DNA of 64,000 bases from Fidelibacterota bacterium (GTDB lineage: Bacteria > Fidelibacterota > UBA2242). This document shows positions 9,004 through 17,886 of the stretch, piece by piece; position 1 is the stretch's first letter; every line of letters begins with the position of its first letter. The translations under genes were made by a program, and so were the position numbers. The stretch is taken from contig JBNGDF010000004.1 in assembly GCA_049975265.1 (NCBI GenBank), positions 101,117 to 165,116 on the forward strand. Direction: 5' to 3'. Under the pieces are notes generated by a model that was not told the DNA's origin, searched no databases, and worked only from the letters and a program-made list of their open reading frames with translations.

Positions 9004-10743
9004 TCATTTTTTCAAAACACAGCGGAAACCCACCGCCGAACCGTATTTTCCGGAGGTACTCTGCGGATCGACCCAGTAGCGGTACCAGGTTGACAGACTC
9101 TCCAGGTTGGCTTTTACCCCCTTGGATTCGTGATAGCTGCCGCCTTTAATGACCCGGTAGGTCTTAAAATTGCCGCCGTACCAGGAGTTGGTCCACTCCC
9201 AGACGTTGCCAGCCATATCGTAAGCGCCGTAGGGGCTGGGGCTGTTGATTGTGCCGTCCTCGCCATTAAATTTCCCAACGGGTGTCGTAGATGCCGAGAA
9301 GCCGCGCTTCATACAGCCGGCAATATTGGCGTTTTGACAGTCAATGCTGTTGCCCCAGGGAAAATCAAAGCCGGTACGTCCGCGGGCGGCTTTTTCCCAT
9401 TCCTCCTCGGTCGGTAGTTCGAGATTGTACCACTGGGCAAATGCGTATGCGCCGAACCAGGAGACATCGCCGACGGGATGATCCAGGTATTCGTCGTCTT
9501 CCAGGATGAAATAGCCCTTTTCCTCATCGAAAAAGATATCCCCGATCTCCTTTTTTTTCTCATTGACCTCAATGAATTTGTACTGACCCGCCGGTTTAAA
9601 TTCATCACCCTTATAGTGTCCGTATCCTTTCTCATCAATGGCGTTGCGGCAATACGCCTGATTCATGAAATTCAGGTACTGCCGGCAGGTGACCGGATAT
9701 TTCATGATCTCGTAATCGTAATTGATTTTCTGAATCATCCGCTTCTGCCCGGCGGTATATTCTCCAGCGGGTACTTTGACGAACTGGGTGACTTCGGGAT
9801 CGTTGGTGTGAAATTCCCGAGCCGGCGACCATTCTCCGTAGATATTGCCCTTGTTGCGCGGACGGACAGACCATTGATGCCAGCCTTCCGGCAGACCGGA
9901 AACGACGGTGTAGGTATCACTTACAAGGCTGTGATATTCCACGAAATCGGGATTGATGGAAGTGACTACCCTGATTTCATATTCGCTGGCGTATTTTGAA
10001 CGGTGCCAGATCAGCCGCGGCGTCTCGGTGCTTTTGTAGTAAAATGTGTCTTTCGGACCGATGATCTCCGGCGGCAGCGGCGGTTCCACGGAAAATTCCC
10101 GCACAACACTCCAGGCGCTGTACTTTTCCGCCGGATTTTGCGCCGTGACCGCCCAGTAATAGTGACCGATTGACAGCGGTTCGGTTATCAGAAAGGTATC
10201 GGTGACACTGTAAGCAAAGGCGATGTTCTTAAATTCCCGATCCTTGGCGATGGCGATGGTATAATTTTTGGCGCCGTAGAGAGCCCGCCACCTGAGCGGA
10301 ACCTGGCTGTGACTCTTAATGACCATTTTGTCCGCCGGATAGACCAAGTAGGGCGAAGTGTAAGCGCTTTCCAGAACCGTTATCGGGATATCTGCAGACC
10401 GGGTACTGTTTTCGGAATTGTCTGTAGCGATGGCGGAAATCCGGTGAATCATTCCGTCCGCCCAAAAGCCCATATTCAAAATGACCTCGTAGGGTGGCTT
10501 ATATACCTCTTCCACCAGTTCGTTGTCCACGCAAAAGCCGACCTTCATGATGCCCTCGTTGTCTTTGACGGAGGTGACGACACGCATCGGACCGGTAGCG
10601 GTGTAACCGGCTTTTGGCATTAATATTTTGATTTTGGGCGGTTTGCGGTCGGGTTTCGGAGCCGCCAACCCGCTTGAACCGAGCAGGAGGCAGATAAATG
10701 TGACATGCAGAAAAGAACCTATGCTATGCTTTTTCGGAAACAT
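9004..10743 (-). CDS. Secreted Ig-like/FN3-repeat protein with a C-terminal FGE-sulfatase (SUMF1-like) domain
   Basis: Signal peptide; Ig-like and FN3-like modules; LPTEEEWEKAARG, YDMAGNVWEW, GFRC; the track's TTG at 10860 coincides with a predicted -35 box, so a later start was chosen. Confidence 0.85.
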   Translation of the reverse strand: MFPKKHSIGSFLHVTFICLLLGSSGLAAPKPDRKPPKIKILMPKAGYTATGPMRVVTSVKDNEGIMKVGFCVDNELVEEVYKPPYEVILNMGFWADGMIHRISAIATDNSENSTRSADIPITVLESAYTSPYLVYPADKMVIKSHSQVPLRWRALYGAKNYTIAIAKDREFKNIAFAYSVTDTFLITEPLSIGHYYWAVTAQNPAEKYSAWSVVREFSVEPPLPPEIIGPKDTFYYKSTETPRLIWHRSKYASEYEIRVVTSINPDFVEYHSLVSDTYTVVSGLPEGWHQWSVRPRNKGNIYGEWSPAREFHTNDPEVTQFVKVPAGEYTAGQKRMIQKINYDYEIMKYPVTCRQYLNFMNQAYCRNAIDEKGYGHYKGDEFKPAGQYKFIEVNEKKKEIGDIFFDEEKGYFILEDDEYLDHPVGDVSWFGAYAFAQWYNLELPTEEEWEKAARGRTGFDFPWGNSIDCQNANIAGCMKRGFSASTTPVGKFNGEDGTINSPSPYGAYDMAGNVWEWTNSWYGGNFKTYRVIKGGSYHESKGVKANLESLSTWYRYWVDPQSTSGKYGSAVGFRCVLKK

Positions 10744-10831
10744 TGTGTGTCGTCGGATTTTGGCGCCACCCCTTTGAAAATTTTCCATAATGCAATCCCC
10801 TTTATAGCATCCCACGATATCAATTGTCTTG

Positions 10832-10860
10832 AATATACGGTTTGTCGGGAAATCTTTCAA
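10832..10860 (-). promoter_or_regulatory. Sigma70-type promoter
   Basis: TTGAAA-17 bp-TATATT. Confidence 0.6.
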
Positions 10861-10993
10861 TAAAATGATTGTAAAATCTTCACGATGAGCAGGTAGATTG
10901 CAAAGGACTGGTATGATCTGCTGTATTAGAAAAGGTAGGAGTAGATGAAAACGAAGACCAGGAAAACTGAATCATTTTTTCAAAAACAGAAAG

Positions 10994-12496
10994 TTACTTC
11001 ATTAGTAACATTTTTTGCAATTCGGTAAAATCTCCGGCGGTCATAATACATAAGTAGACCCCGCTGGAGACGGGATTGCCGTAGTGATCGGTACCATCCC
11101 AGATAACTGACCGGTACCCTGCAGGTTGTATTTCATTTACAAGTGTAATTGTTTCCTTACCAAGGATATTAAAAATCTTTATGATCACATTGACTTCCTC
11201 TTTTAATACAAATGTGATACTTGTACTTGAATTAAAGGGATTGGGGTAATTAGGGAAAAGTTTGAATTGATACAGAGTTTCTGGCGGCTTGTTTTCATCT
11301 TTAAAACCTGACAGGTCTGGAAACTCAATTATATTTGCCCAGATACTGCCATCAGTCCAGGTGTTGAATATGTATCCATTTTTTAAAGCTACAGCTGGAT
11401 GTCCCTGATTTCCTTCTTGTTCTGTATTTACAATAAAATTTTTTCCAATTACTTTCCCACTGGAATCGTAACATTGCCCGTAAATGTCGTTAGTTCCACT
11501 TCGATTATCCGCCCAGGTAATTACAAAACAACCCGATTTATCCATTGCAATTGCCGGAACAAACCATGATGTACTGTCATTGTCTTCCTCGTTTACGATA
11601 AAATTAGTACCGTGAGCTTCACCATCCCGGTATAATTGACAGTAAAGATTATAGTCTCCCAGACGATTATCCTGCCAAACTACGGCGAAAATATCACCAG
11701 ATGAATCAATTGCAACCGCGGCATTTCCATGATAAGCGCTGTCGGTATCATCACTGATTTTGAAGTTTGCACCTTCCGCCGTCCCATCATTTTTAAACAA
11801 CTGACCATGGATACCCTCTTCTCCATATCGTCCTTTTTTCCAGACAATAATAAAATCTCCGGCTTCATTCATGGCAATTGCCGGATTCCAGATTTCTTCA
11901 TGATATGGCTGATTAATCCGTAGAGCAATACCTAAAGAGTCGCCTTCTGAACCGAATCTCTGAGCATAAATCCCGCGCGGAGTATACCAGTTTGCCCATG
12001 CAATTGTGAAATTCCCGGATCTATCCATGCCTACAGCAGGATATTCACCACTAGTTACAGCTTTTATTTGGATATTATTTCCCTGAGGTTCAGCATAGCT
12101 GTTATATTGCTGAAAGTAAATAACAGATAATCCCCATGTGATAATAAAATTACCTGCATTATTAACATCAATAGATGTAGGTAACATCGGAGCTCCCTCA
12201 CCGTACATTTCCTTATCATTGATCCTAAACTTCGGCGTTAATGGGCTGCCATCATTTCGATATAGCCGACCCCATATCTCTGTGGTCGAAAATTGAGAAT
12301 CAATATCTATCGTGGTTGTCCAGACCACAACAAAGTTACCCTCTTTATCAACCCCAATGGCTGGAAAATTATGGAATGCACTATCGGATGAACTCTCAAT
12401 CCAAAAATCAGGAACAACCTGTGATACACCTGGATTTTCAGCAAATACTAATGTAATAAAAAAAATAAAAGCAAGAGAGAACGTATGTTTTTTCAT
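10994..12496 (-). CDS. Secreted beta-propeller-like repeat protein with a FlgD/T9SS-type C-terminal domain
   Basis: Signal peptide; about 7 repeats PAxxxDxxGNFxxxW...IYxQxY; C-terminal NYPNPFNSST...WDGTD...SSGVY...KMLLMK. Confidence 0.88.
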   Translation of the reverse strand: MKKHTFSLAFIFFITLVFAENPGVSQVVPDFWIESSSDSAFHNFPAIGVDKEGNFVVVWTTTIDIDSQFSTTEIWGRLYRNDGSPLTPKFRINDKEMYGEGAPMLPTSIDVNNAGNFIITWGLSVIYFQQYNSYAEPQGNNIQIKAVTSGEYPAVGMDRSGNFTIAWANWYTPRGIYAQRFGSEGDSLGIALRINQPYHEEIWNPAIAMNEAGDFIIVWKKGRYGEEGIHGQLFKNDGTAEGANFKISDDTDSAYHGNAAVAIDSSGDIFAVVWQDNRLGDYNLYCQLYRDGEAHGTNFIVNEEDNDSTSWFVPAIAMDKSGCFVITWADNRSGTNDIYGQCYDSSGKVIGKNFIVNTEQEGNQGHPAVALKNGYIFNTWTDGSIWANIIEFPDLSGFKDENKPPETLYQFKLFPNYPNPFNSSTSITFVLKEEVNVIIKIFNILGKETITLVNEIQPAGYRSVIWDGTDHYGNPVSSGVYLCIMTAGDFTELQKMLLMK

Positions 12497-12522
12497 TATG
12501 TCCCCGTTATTTAAAGTTTAGT

Positions 12523-12548
12523 TCATATGACCATAGGAGACTTAAATT
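12523..12548 (+). repeat. Left terminal inverted repeat
   Basis: 21/26 match to the reverse complement of 14211-14236. Confidence 0.82.
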
Positions 12549-12573
12549 CAAACAATCCAAAAAGGAGTCTTTT

Positions 12574-13374
12574 ATGGTCGACACGAAATTTAATTATGGC
12601 ATCAAGAGGCTGGAATCCAAGACAGCCCGGAATGCCATCATTCAAAAACTGTCTCATGATTTCAATCTCACAGCGATTATTGCTGAAGCCTTTTATCAAC
12701 AGGTTGCCTGTTATTTCAACGAACATGCCAATGTTACTCTATCCTCCGGTGAAGTTGCCTATGAAGCTGTCGCTGCTGATGAACCCGCCGGTAAACATAT
12801 CCGGCTGACCCGCAAAGTCACCGTTCGTTTAAAACTCCTGGATTTCAATGAAGACTTTGAAGCACTGGCCAATTACGGATTGGCCGGGCTCAGGCAACAT
12901 CGGCTGGAACGACTCTCACGGCAGGCTTACGATCAGGGCGCTCTGCTTTCATACGAAGATCTGGCGATGCTTCTGACCACCAGCCCTTCTACAGTCAAAA
13001 GAGATGTTTATCATCTCAAACACCAGGGCAAATTCATCATGACCCGTGGGCAGAAACATGATATGGGTCCCGGTTTAAGCCACAAATCCATCATTATCGA
13101 ACTCTACCTGAAAAACTATACCTTTACCGATATTGAACGCAAAACCAATCACTCCGAAACATCCGTTAAACGCTATCTGGCGGACTTCGTCCAGGTAATC
13201 ACTCTGCTGAAGCAGAACTTCTCGCTCAATCAAATCCGCCTGATCGCTCAAAAGTCCGAACGTCTGATCAGAGAATATCAGCAGATCTACCGGGATTACC
13301 AGAAACAGAACAACCAGCGTTTAGACGAACTCCTCAATCCCAATAAAAAAAAAGAGGAGCAGCATCATGACTAA
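12574..13374 (+). CDS. DUF1670-type protein A
   Basis: QAYDQGALLSYEDLAMLL...TRGQKHDMGPGLSHK...TNHSETSVKRY; AAGGAG RBS. Confidence 0.82.
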   Translation: MVDTKFNYGIKRLESKTARNAIIQKLSHDFNLTAIIAEAFYQQVACYFNEHANVTLSSGEVAYEAVAADEPAGKHIRLTRKVTVRLKLLDFNEDFEALANYGLAGLRQHRLERLSRQAYDQGALLSYEDLAMLLTTSPSTVKRDVYHLKHQGKFIMTRGQKHDMGPGLSHKSIIIELYLKNYTFTDIERKTNHSETSVKRYLADFVQVITLLKQNFSLNQIRLIAQKSERLIREYQQIYRDYQKQNNQRLDELLNPNKKKEEQHHD

Positions 13375-14176
13375 AGTGCCAACCAAAGAACAAATTCAAT
13401 TAAAACGATTCCGGCGTCTCAAGAGTAAAAGCCTGCATCAGGTATTGACCTATCGCTTCCTGAATCACTACGGCTACGATAAAGGGGAAATCACTGTCAA
13501 AGCCATTGTGGATGATATCCTCAGCCTCATGGAAAACTACTTTCTGCTTTCTCCAAAACCTGACGGATTACAGTTCCTCAACTATGGTTACCTGACATGG
13601 ATGGCGGTTCCAGTGGATGAATACCCCCAAAGGGGCAAAACCATTGCCGCCACCAGACTCAAACCCATCTTGCTCTCCTTTATCACCGATGACGATATCA
13701 CCCATATTGCCAGGGGCTATGACGCCAAATCATTGCGTAAAAAGAAACTCTTCAGATGGGTCGATCAAGCCTTCGACCAGGGCGCTCTTTTAACCCAACT
13801 CGATCTGGCCGCCCTCCTGGGTTGTTGTGATGCCGTCGTCTCTCAATATGTCCAGGAGATCCAGAAAGATACCGGCAAAATACTCCCAACAAGGGGGAAT
13901 ATCCATGACCTCAGCGGCGCGATTACTCATAAAAAGGAAATCATTACCCTCTATCTCGAAGGATACCTGACTCCGGAAATCGCTACCAAAACCAACCACT
14001 CCAAAGAAGCTGTCGATAGATATATCAAAGATTTCCATCGCGTTAAACTCCTCTGGGAAAATAACATCAGAGATCCGGAAAAGATGGCGCAGGTCGCCCG
14101 GTTGTCCAAACGGGTCGTTCAACAATACATCGATCTCTTGCCAAATAAATCTCGATTTTCAAAAAACATTGCGTAA
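13367..14176 (+). CDS. DUF1670-type protein B (paralog of A)
   Basis: QAFDQGALLTQLDLAALL...TRGNIHDLSGAITHK...TNHSKEAVDRY; GAGGAG RBS; overlaps ORF A by 8 bp. Confidence 0.82.
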   Translation: MTKVPTKEQIQLKRFRRLKSKSLHQVLTYRFLNHYGYDKGEITVKAIVDDILSLMENYFLLSPKPDGLQFLNYGYLTWMAVPVDEYPQRGKTIAATRLKPILLSFITDDDITHIARGYDAKSLRKKKLFRWVDQAFDQGALLTQLDLAALLGCCDAVVSQYVQEIQKDTGKILPTRGNIHDLSGAITHKKEIITLYLEGYLTPEIATKTNHSKEAVDRYIKDFHRVKLLWENNIRDPEKMAQVARLSKRVVQQYIDLLPNKSRFSKNIA

Positions 14177-14210
14177 ATTTATGTCACGCTTTTTATCACT
14201 TACGACGAGA

Positions 14211-14236
14211 AATATGATCCTCCTGTGGTCATATGA
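14211..14236 (-). repeat. Right terminal inverted repeat
   Basis: Reverse complement is TCATATGACCACAGGAGGATCATATT. Confidence 0.82.
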
Positions 14237-14238
14237 TA

Positions 14239-14380
14239 CTATTTCATTAAAACCATCTTTTGTGACCTGGAAAAATCACCGGCAACCATAATGCACAAAT
14301 AGATGCCGCTCGGTACCGGATTCCCGGAATGATCAGTTCCATATTAATAACGATAATGTAGTGAAAGATTTCTTTGTCAT
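14239..14380 (-). pseudogene. Internally deleted secreted-protein paralog (signal-peptide start joined to a FlgD/T9SS-type C-terminus)
   Basis: GGAG RBS + MTKKSFTTLSLLI, then out of frame GTDHSGNPVPSGIYLCIMVAGDFSRSQKMVLMK*, 25/33 identical to the C-terminus of 10994-12496. Confidence 0.8.
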
Positions 14381-14497
14381 ATTTTCGTCTCCATTTTTTT
14401 TTCAAATTTTTCAGGATGTCCTCTCACACCCCCTGGAATGGGATAAGAAAAAAATCTTGATGAATTGGCGATTCATCTTCTAAACCATTTTAAATTA

Positions 14498-14525
14498 AAA
14501 GTAGGAAAAAAATTTTTAATGTCAA
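14498..14525 (-). promoter_or_regulatory. Possible sigma70 promoter for the secreted-protein locus
   Basis: TTGACA-16 bp-TACTTT. Confidence 0.4.
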
Positions 14526-14786
14526 GTAAAATATTCTATATCCTAAGATATTTATATGAAGAATAGGCTTTTATAAAAATATATTCTTAGTATTTCATTG
14601 CTGTTTTTTTTAAGGAAGAGTTTGCGAAACCTTGATGTCTCGTTTGGAAATAATACCACTATGATACTCCCATGCCAGTGTCGGGTAGTTCATTTTTATA
14701 AATGATTCATCAACAAAATTATCGGGATGAGTATGCTTTATCGATTACGGTTGAATTGTGATTGCTAGATAAGAGGAAAAGGTTAT

Positions 14787-16949
14787 TTAAAAAGCATGTC
14801 CGATCGAAAGATACAGCAGACCGCGGTTTCCAAAATCGTAGCCGTAGTCGACGGAAACCGGTCCGATGGGCGTAGGTATCAGCACACCGATCCGGGCACC
14901 AGCCCGCATATCGGTCCAGTTGAAGGTGTCGAAACCATCCCAGACGTTACCGGTCATAATGAGAAAATTCGCATAAACACCCTCGGTCAGATCGGTCCGG
15001 TAGCCGATACCCACCGCCAGCATGACATTGCCCCAGAATTCATCCTGATGGTAGCCGGGCAATGAATTCGGACCGCCGAGGCGAAAACGGTCGTAGTGAC
15101 ACAACGCCCGGGAGAGATATCCAAAATTCAGATTGGTGTAAAAGGTATGGCGGTCACTGTAGGTCTCGTATACCGTGGATTCCACCAGCAGTTTGTCGGT
15201 CTGCTTTAATTCATCTTCGCTGAAGCCGTGTTCATAGAGTACATTGTTGCGGCGTCCGCGCCGGGGAGCGTCCGGATCATCGGTGTTCTCCACAATGATT
15301 CGGGCAGTCAGACTGGCGGTGTTGATTTTATCATTGGTAATGGAGTAGAGGCTGTAGTTTGTATTTTCATAGGTGCGGGTGTTTTCGATTTTAACACCCA
15401 GTGCTGTCAGACCGACCCGTCTGACCTGGACCCCGGCATTGAAGTTAAAACCGTTCCGGTAAAAATTACCGTAACCGATCCGTTTGCCATTTTCATAGAG
15501 TGGCACTGTCTCATATTTATGATACAGCGAGGAATAGCCGGTCAAGGTGGTGGTGAAAATCCGGGTTGACCGGGTATTCCACTCCAGTTTGCGATGCAGG
15601 TCGCTGACGGTCAGGGAGAACTGATTGTCAATGCCGATGCCCAGCAGATTGCGGTAATTGGCGGCGACAAAGGCGCCGGCTTTGCGCTCGGTATCGTAGC
15701 GGGCACCAAAGGAAAAGAGGATATTCTCCTCTTCTTCCACGTGAATGATAATATCGGTGGAATCAGCGGTTTGATTCGCAAAAATGATAAACGCAGTCTG
15801 AAACAGCCCGGTGCTATACAGGTTTTTCAGGCTCTCCCGGGCTCGGGTGGAATTCCAATGCTCATTTTCCCGCAGCAACAGCTCCCGCCGGATAATGTAC
15901 GGTCGGGTTTTCTGATTGCCTCGAATGTGAATATTCCGGATGACTGCGCTGTCCAGATCACGGATTGCTGCGGGCAGATAGTTCGCTGCCAATTTTGAGG
16001 AATCGGCGTAAGTTCGCAGCTCCGTTAAAAAGGGCTGTGTGGCTGCATAGCCCCGCCGGATGAGGGAATCGACCGCCTGAAAATCGGCGGAGGAGTATTG
16101 TTCAATTTCCGGGTGAATCAGTATGTCCGCGAGCGGTAGGTTGCGGGTGTCCGTAAAATATGCCAGGGTGTTCATTGCCTGATTGAAATAGGAGAGCAGA
16201 TTGACATTTTCCGGGATGTGGCTGGTCTTGCTCGTTACGTCTACTGCAATTATGAAATCGGCACCCATGTCGGCGGCTACGTCGGCGGGAACATTATTGG
16301 TCAGACCACCATCCACCAGCAGCAGCGAATCAATCCGCACCGGTGCAAATATAATCGGAAACGCCGAGCTGGCGACGATTGATCGGGCAAGACTGCCCTT
16401 TTCCAGCACCACCGGCTTGCCGCTACGGATGTCGGTCGCCACCACCCGGAAGGGAATCATCAGACTGTCAAAATCACCCCCCGAAGCGTATTCCGGGGAG
16501 ATCAGAATCTGGAAAATGCGCTCCTCCAGACGCTGCGTGGGCAGCAGGTTGCCCGGGAAGACGACATTGAACTGCTCGTCAAACTTCAGCGTGAACAGCT
16601 CCGGTAATGCGCCGATTTTCTGGGAAACAAACTCAATGTCGCGATAGGGTTCCGCCGAGAACAGCTTGTTCCACCTGGTATTGCGGACAAGGTTCTCGAT
16701 CTCTTCCGCCTTATAGCCCGCGGCGAACAGACCGCCTACCAGCGCTCCCATGCTGGTTCCGACAATTATATCCGGATAAAAGCCGATTTCCTCCAGCGCC
16801 CGCAGGACACCGATATGGGCAAAACCCCGCGCACCACCGCCACTCAGCACCAGAGCGGTTTTCGGCTTTTCCGCACTCAATCCACCGTCATTCAGCAGAC
16901 CGATCAGAAAGCAGCACAACAGGATTTTTCCCCTCAGTCCGGTTTTCAT
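14787..16949 (-). CDS. Patatin-like phospholipase with POTRA and Omp85 barrel (PlpD/type Vd-like)
   Basis: LSGGGARG, GTSMG, DGG motifs; POTRA (IRGNQKTRPYIIRREL); C-terminal TPIGPVSVDYG...IGHAF. Confidence 0.92.
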   Translation of the reverse strand: MKTGLRGKILLCCFLIGLLNDGGLSAEKPKTALVLSGGGARGFAHIGVLRALEEIGFYPDIIVGTSMGALVGGLFAAGYKAEEIENLVRNTRWNKLFSAEPYRDIEFVSQKIGALPELFTLKFDEQFNVVFPGNLLPTQRLEERIFQILISPEYASGGDFDSLMIPFRVVATDIRSGKPVVLEKGSLARSIVASSAFPIIFAPVRIDSLLLVDGGLTNNVPADVAADMGADFIIAVDVTSKTSHIPENVNLLSYFNQAMNTLAYFTDTRNLPLADILIHPEIEQYSSADFQAVDSLIRRGYAATQPFLTELRTYADSSKLAANYLPAAIRDLDSAVIRNIHIRGNQKTRPYIIRRELLLRENEHWNSTRARESLKNLYSTGLFQTAFIIFANQTADSTDIIIHVEEEENILFSFGARYDTERKAGAFVAANYRNLLGIGIDNQFSLTVSDLHRKLEWNTRSTRIFTTTLTGYSSLYHKYETVPLYENGKRIGYGNFYRNGFNFNAGVQVRRVGLTALGVKIENTRTYENTNYSLYSITNDKINTASLTARIIVENTDDPDAPRRGRRNNVLYEHGFSEDELKQTDKLLVESTVYETYSDRHTFYTNLNFGYLSRALCHYDRFRLGGPNSLPGYHQDEFWGNVMLAVGIGYRTDLTEGVYANFLIMTGNVWDGFDTFNWTDMRAGARIGVLIPTPIGPVSVDYGYDFGNRGLLYLSIGHAF

Positions 16950-17064
16950 GCTGAAAACTATAAAATTGATGTCGATTTACCAACGAAATAGTGTATATTA
17001 GCCGTTAGAAATTTAGGGCAGAAAATTGTAACTTATGGCGAATTGACAAATGAATGGTAATAAA

Positions 17065-17886
17065 ATGAAAAAATTGTATATCTCCTGCGACATGGAGGGT
17101 ATCAGCGGCGTCTGCTCCGATCGCCACCGCGAGATGGGCGACATGTTCTATGACTGGGCGCGGAAGCAGACCACCCGGGAGCTGTGTCATGTAATTGAGG
17201 AATTTAAAGAGAAGGGCGTCGAACAGTTTGTGGTCAACGATTCTCACGATAACATGATTAACCTGCGAATTGATGAGCTGCCGGAAGGAACATCGCTGAT
17301 TTCCGGGACGCACAAGACCGATTCCATGATGGCTGGTGTCAGCCCGGATTTTGACGGGGCGCTCTTTATCGGCTATCACGGCAAATGCGGATTACATCGG
17401 GCGGTTCTGTCGCATACCTACTCTGATTCCATCTTTCATGCCACGCTCAACGATATCTGGTTCGGCGAAACCACCCTCAACGCCGCTTTCTGCGGAGCAT
17501 TGGGCGTCCCGGTGCTGTTGGTCAGTGGGGACGATGTCCTGGCTGAGGAGGTTGCGGCGCTGCAGAGCGGAACGGTGCCGGTGATCACGAAATACGGACT
17601 CAGCCGCTCTGCCGGTCGTATGCTGCACCCGAAACAGGTGGCGGAAAATTATCACCAGGGGGTTACACGAGTATTTCAAACATCTGTCAAGCCCTTTACA
17701 ATTCAGGCGCCCTACCGGCTGAATATTACTTTGCGGGAAGCCCAGATGGTGGATATCGCACTGCGGGTGCCGGGAACCCAGCGAACCGGTGAGATGTCGC
17801 TGCAGTTCTGCCATGAAGATTATGTAACCACATATCGCGCCTTTTTAGCGATTCAAACCTTAGCCTCGCGAAGTTATTTAAAATGA
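17065..17886 (+). CDS. M55 family D-aminopeptidase (DppA-like)
   Basis: ISCDMEGISG, VNDSH, IGYHG, LSHTY, GETTLNA. Confidence 0.92.
   Translation: MKKLYISCDMEGISGVCSDRHREMGDMFYDWARKQTTRELCHVIEEFKEKGVEQFVVNDSHDNMINLRIDELPEGTSLISGTHKTDSMMAGVSPDFDGALFIGYHGKCGLHRAVLSHTYSDSIFHATLNDIWFGETTLNAAFCGALGVPVLLVSGDDVLAEEVAALQSGTVPVITKYGLSRSAGRMLHPKQVAENYHQGVTRVFQTSVKPFTIQAPYRLNITLREAQMVDIALRVPGTQRTGEMSLQFCHEDYVTTYRAFLAIQTLASRSYLK

Larger units (their letters stand above)
12523..14236 (+). mobile_element. IS-like element encoding two DUF1670-type proteins
   Basis: Terminal inverted repeats TCATATGACCATAGGAG (12523-12539) / CTCCTGTGGTCATATGA (14220-14236), 16/17 match; two ORFs fill the interior, oriented opposite to the flanking genes. 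Confidence 0.82.

Noticed and set aside
11305..11320. REP-like AACCTGACAGGTCT inside the propeller gene
   Set aside because: Single copy in a coding linker with a different core from the doublet family; could be chance
14169..14200. Outward-facing promoter at the element's right end (circle-junction promoter)
   Set aside because: A TTGCGT -35-like hexamer is present, but there is no convincing -10 at 16-18 bp
9004..14236. Diversity-generating retroelement or retron
   Set aside because: No reverse transcriptase motifs (YADD/YxDD in RT context) or TR/VR pair found in the window
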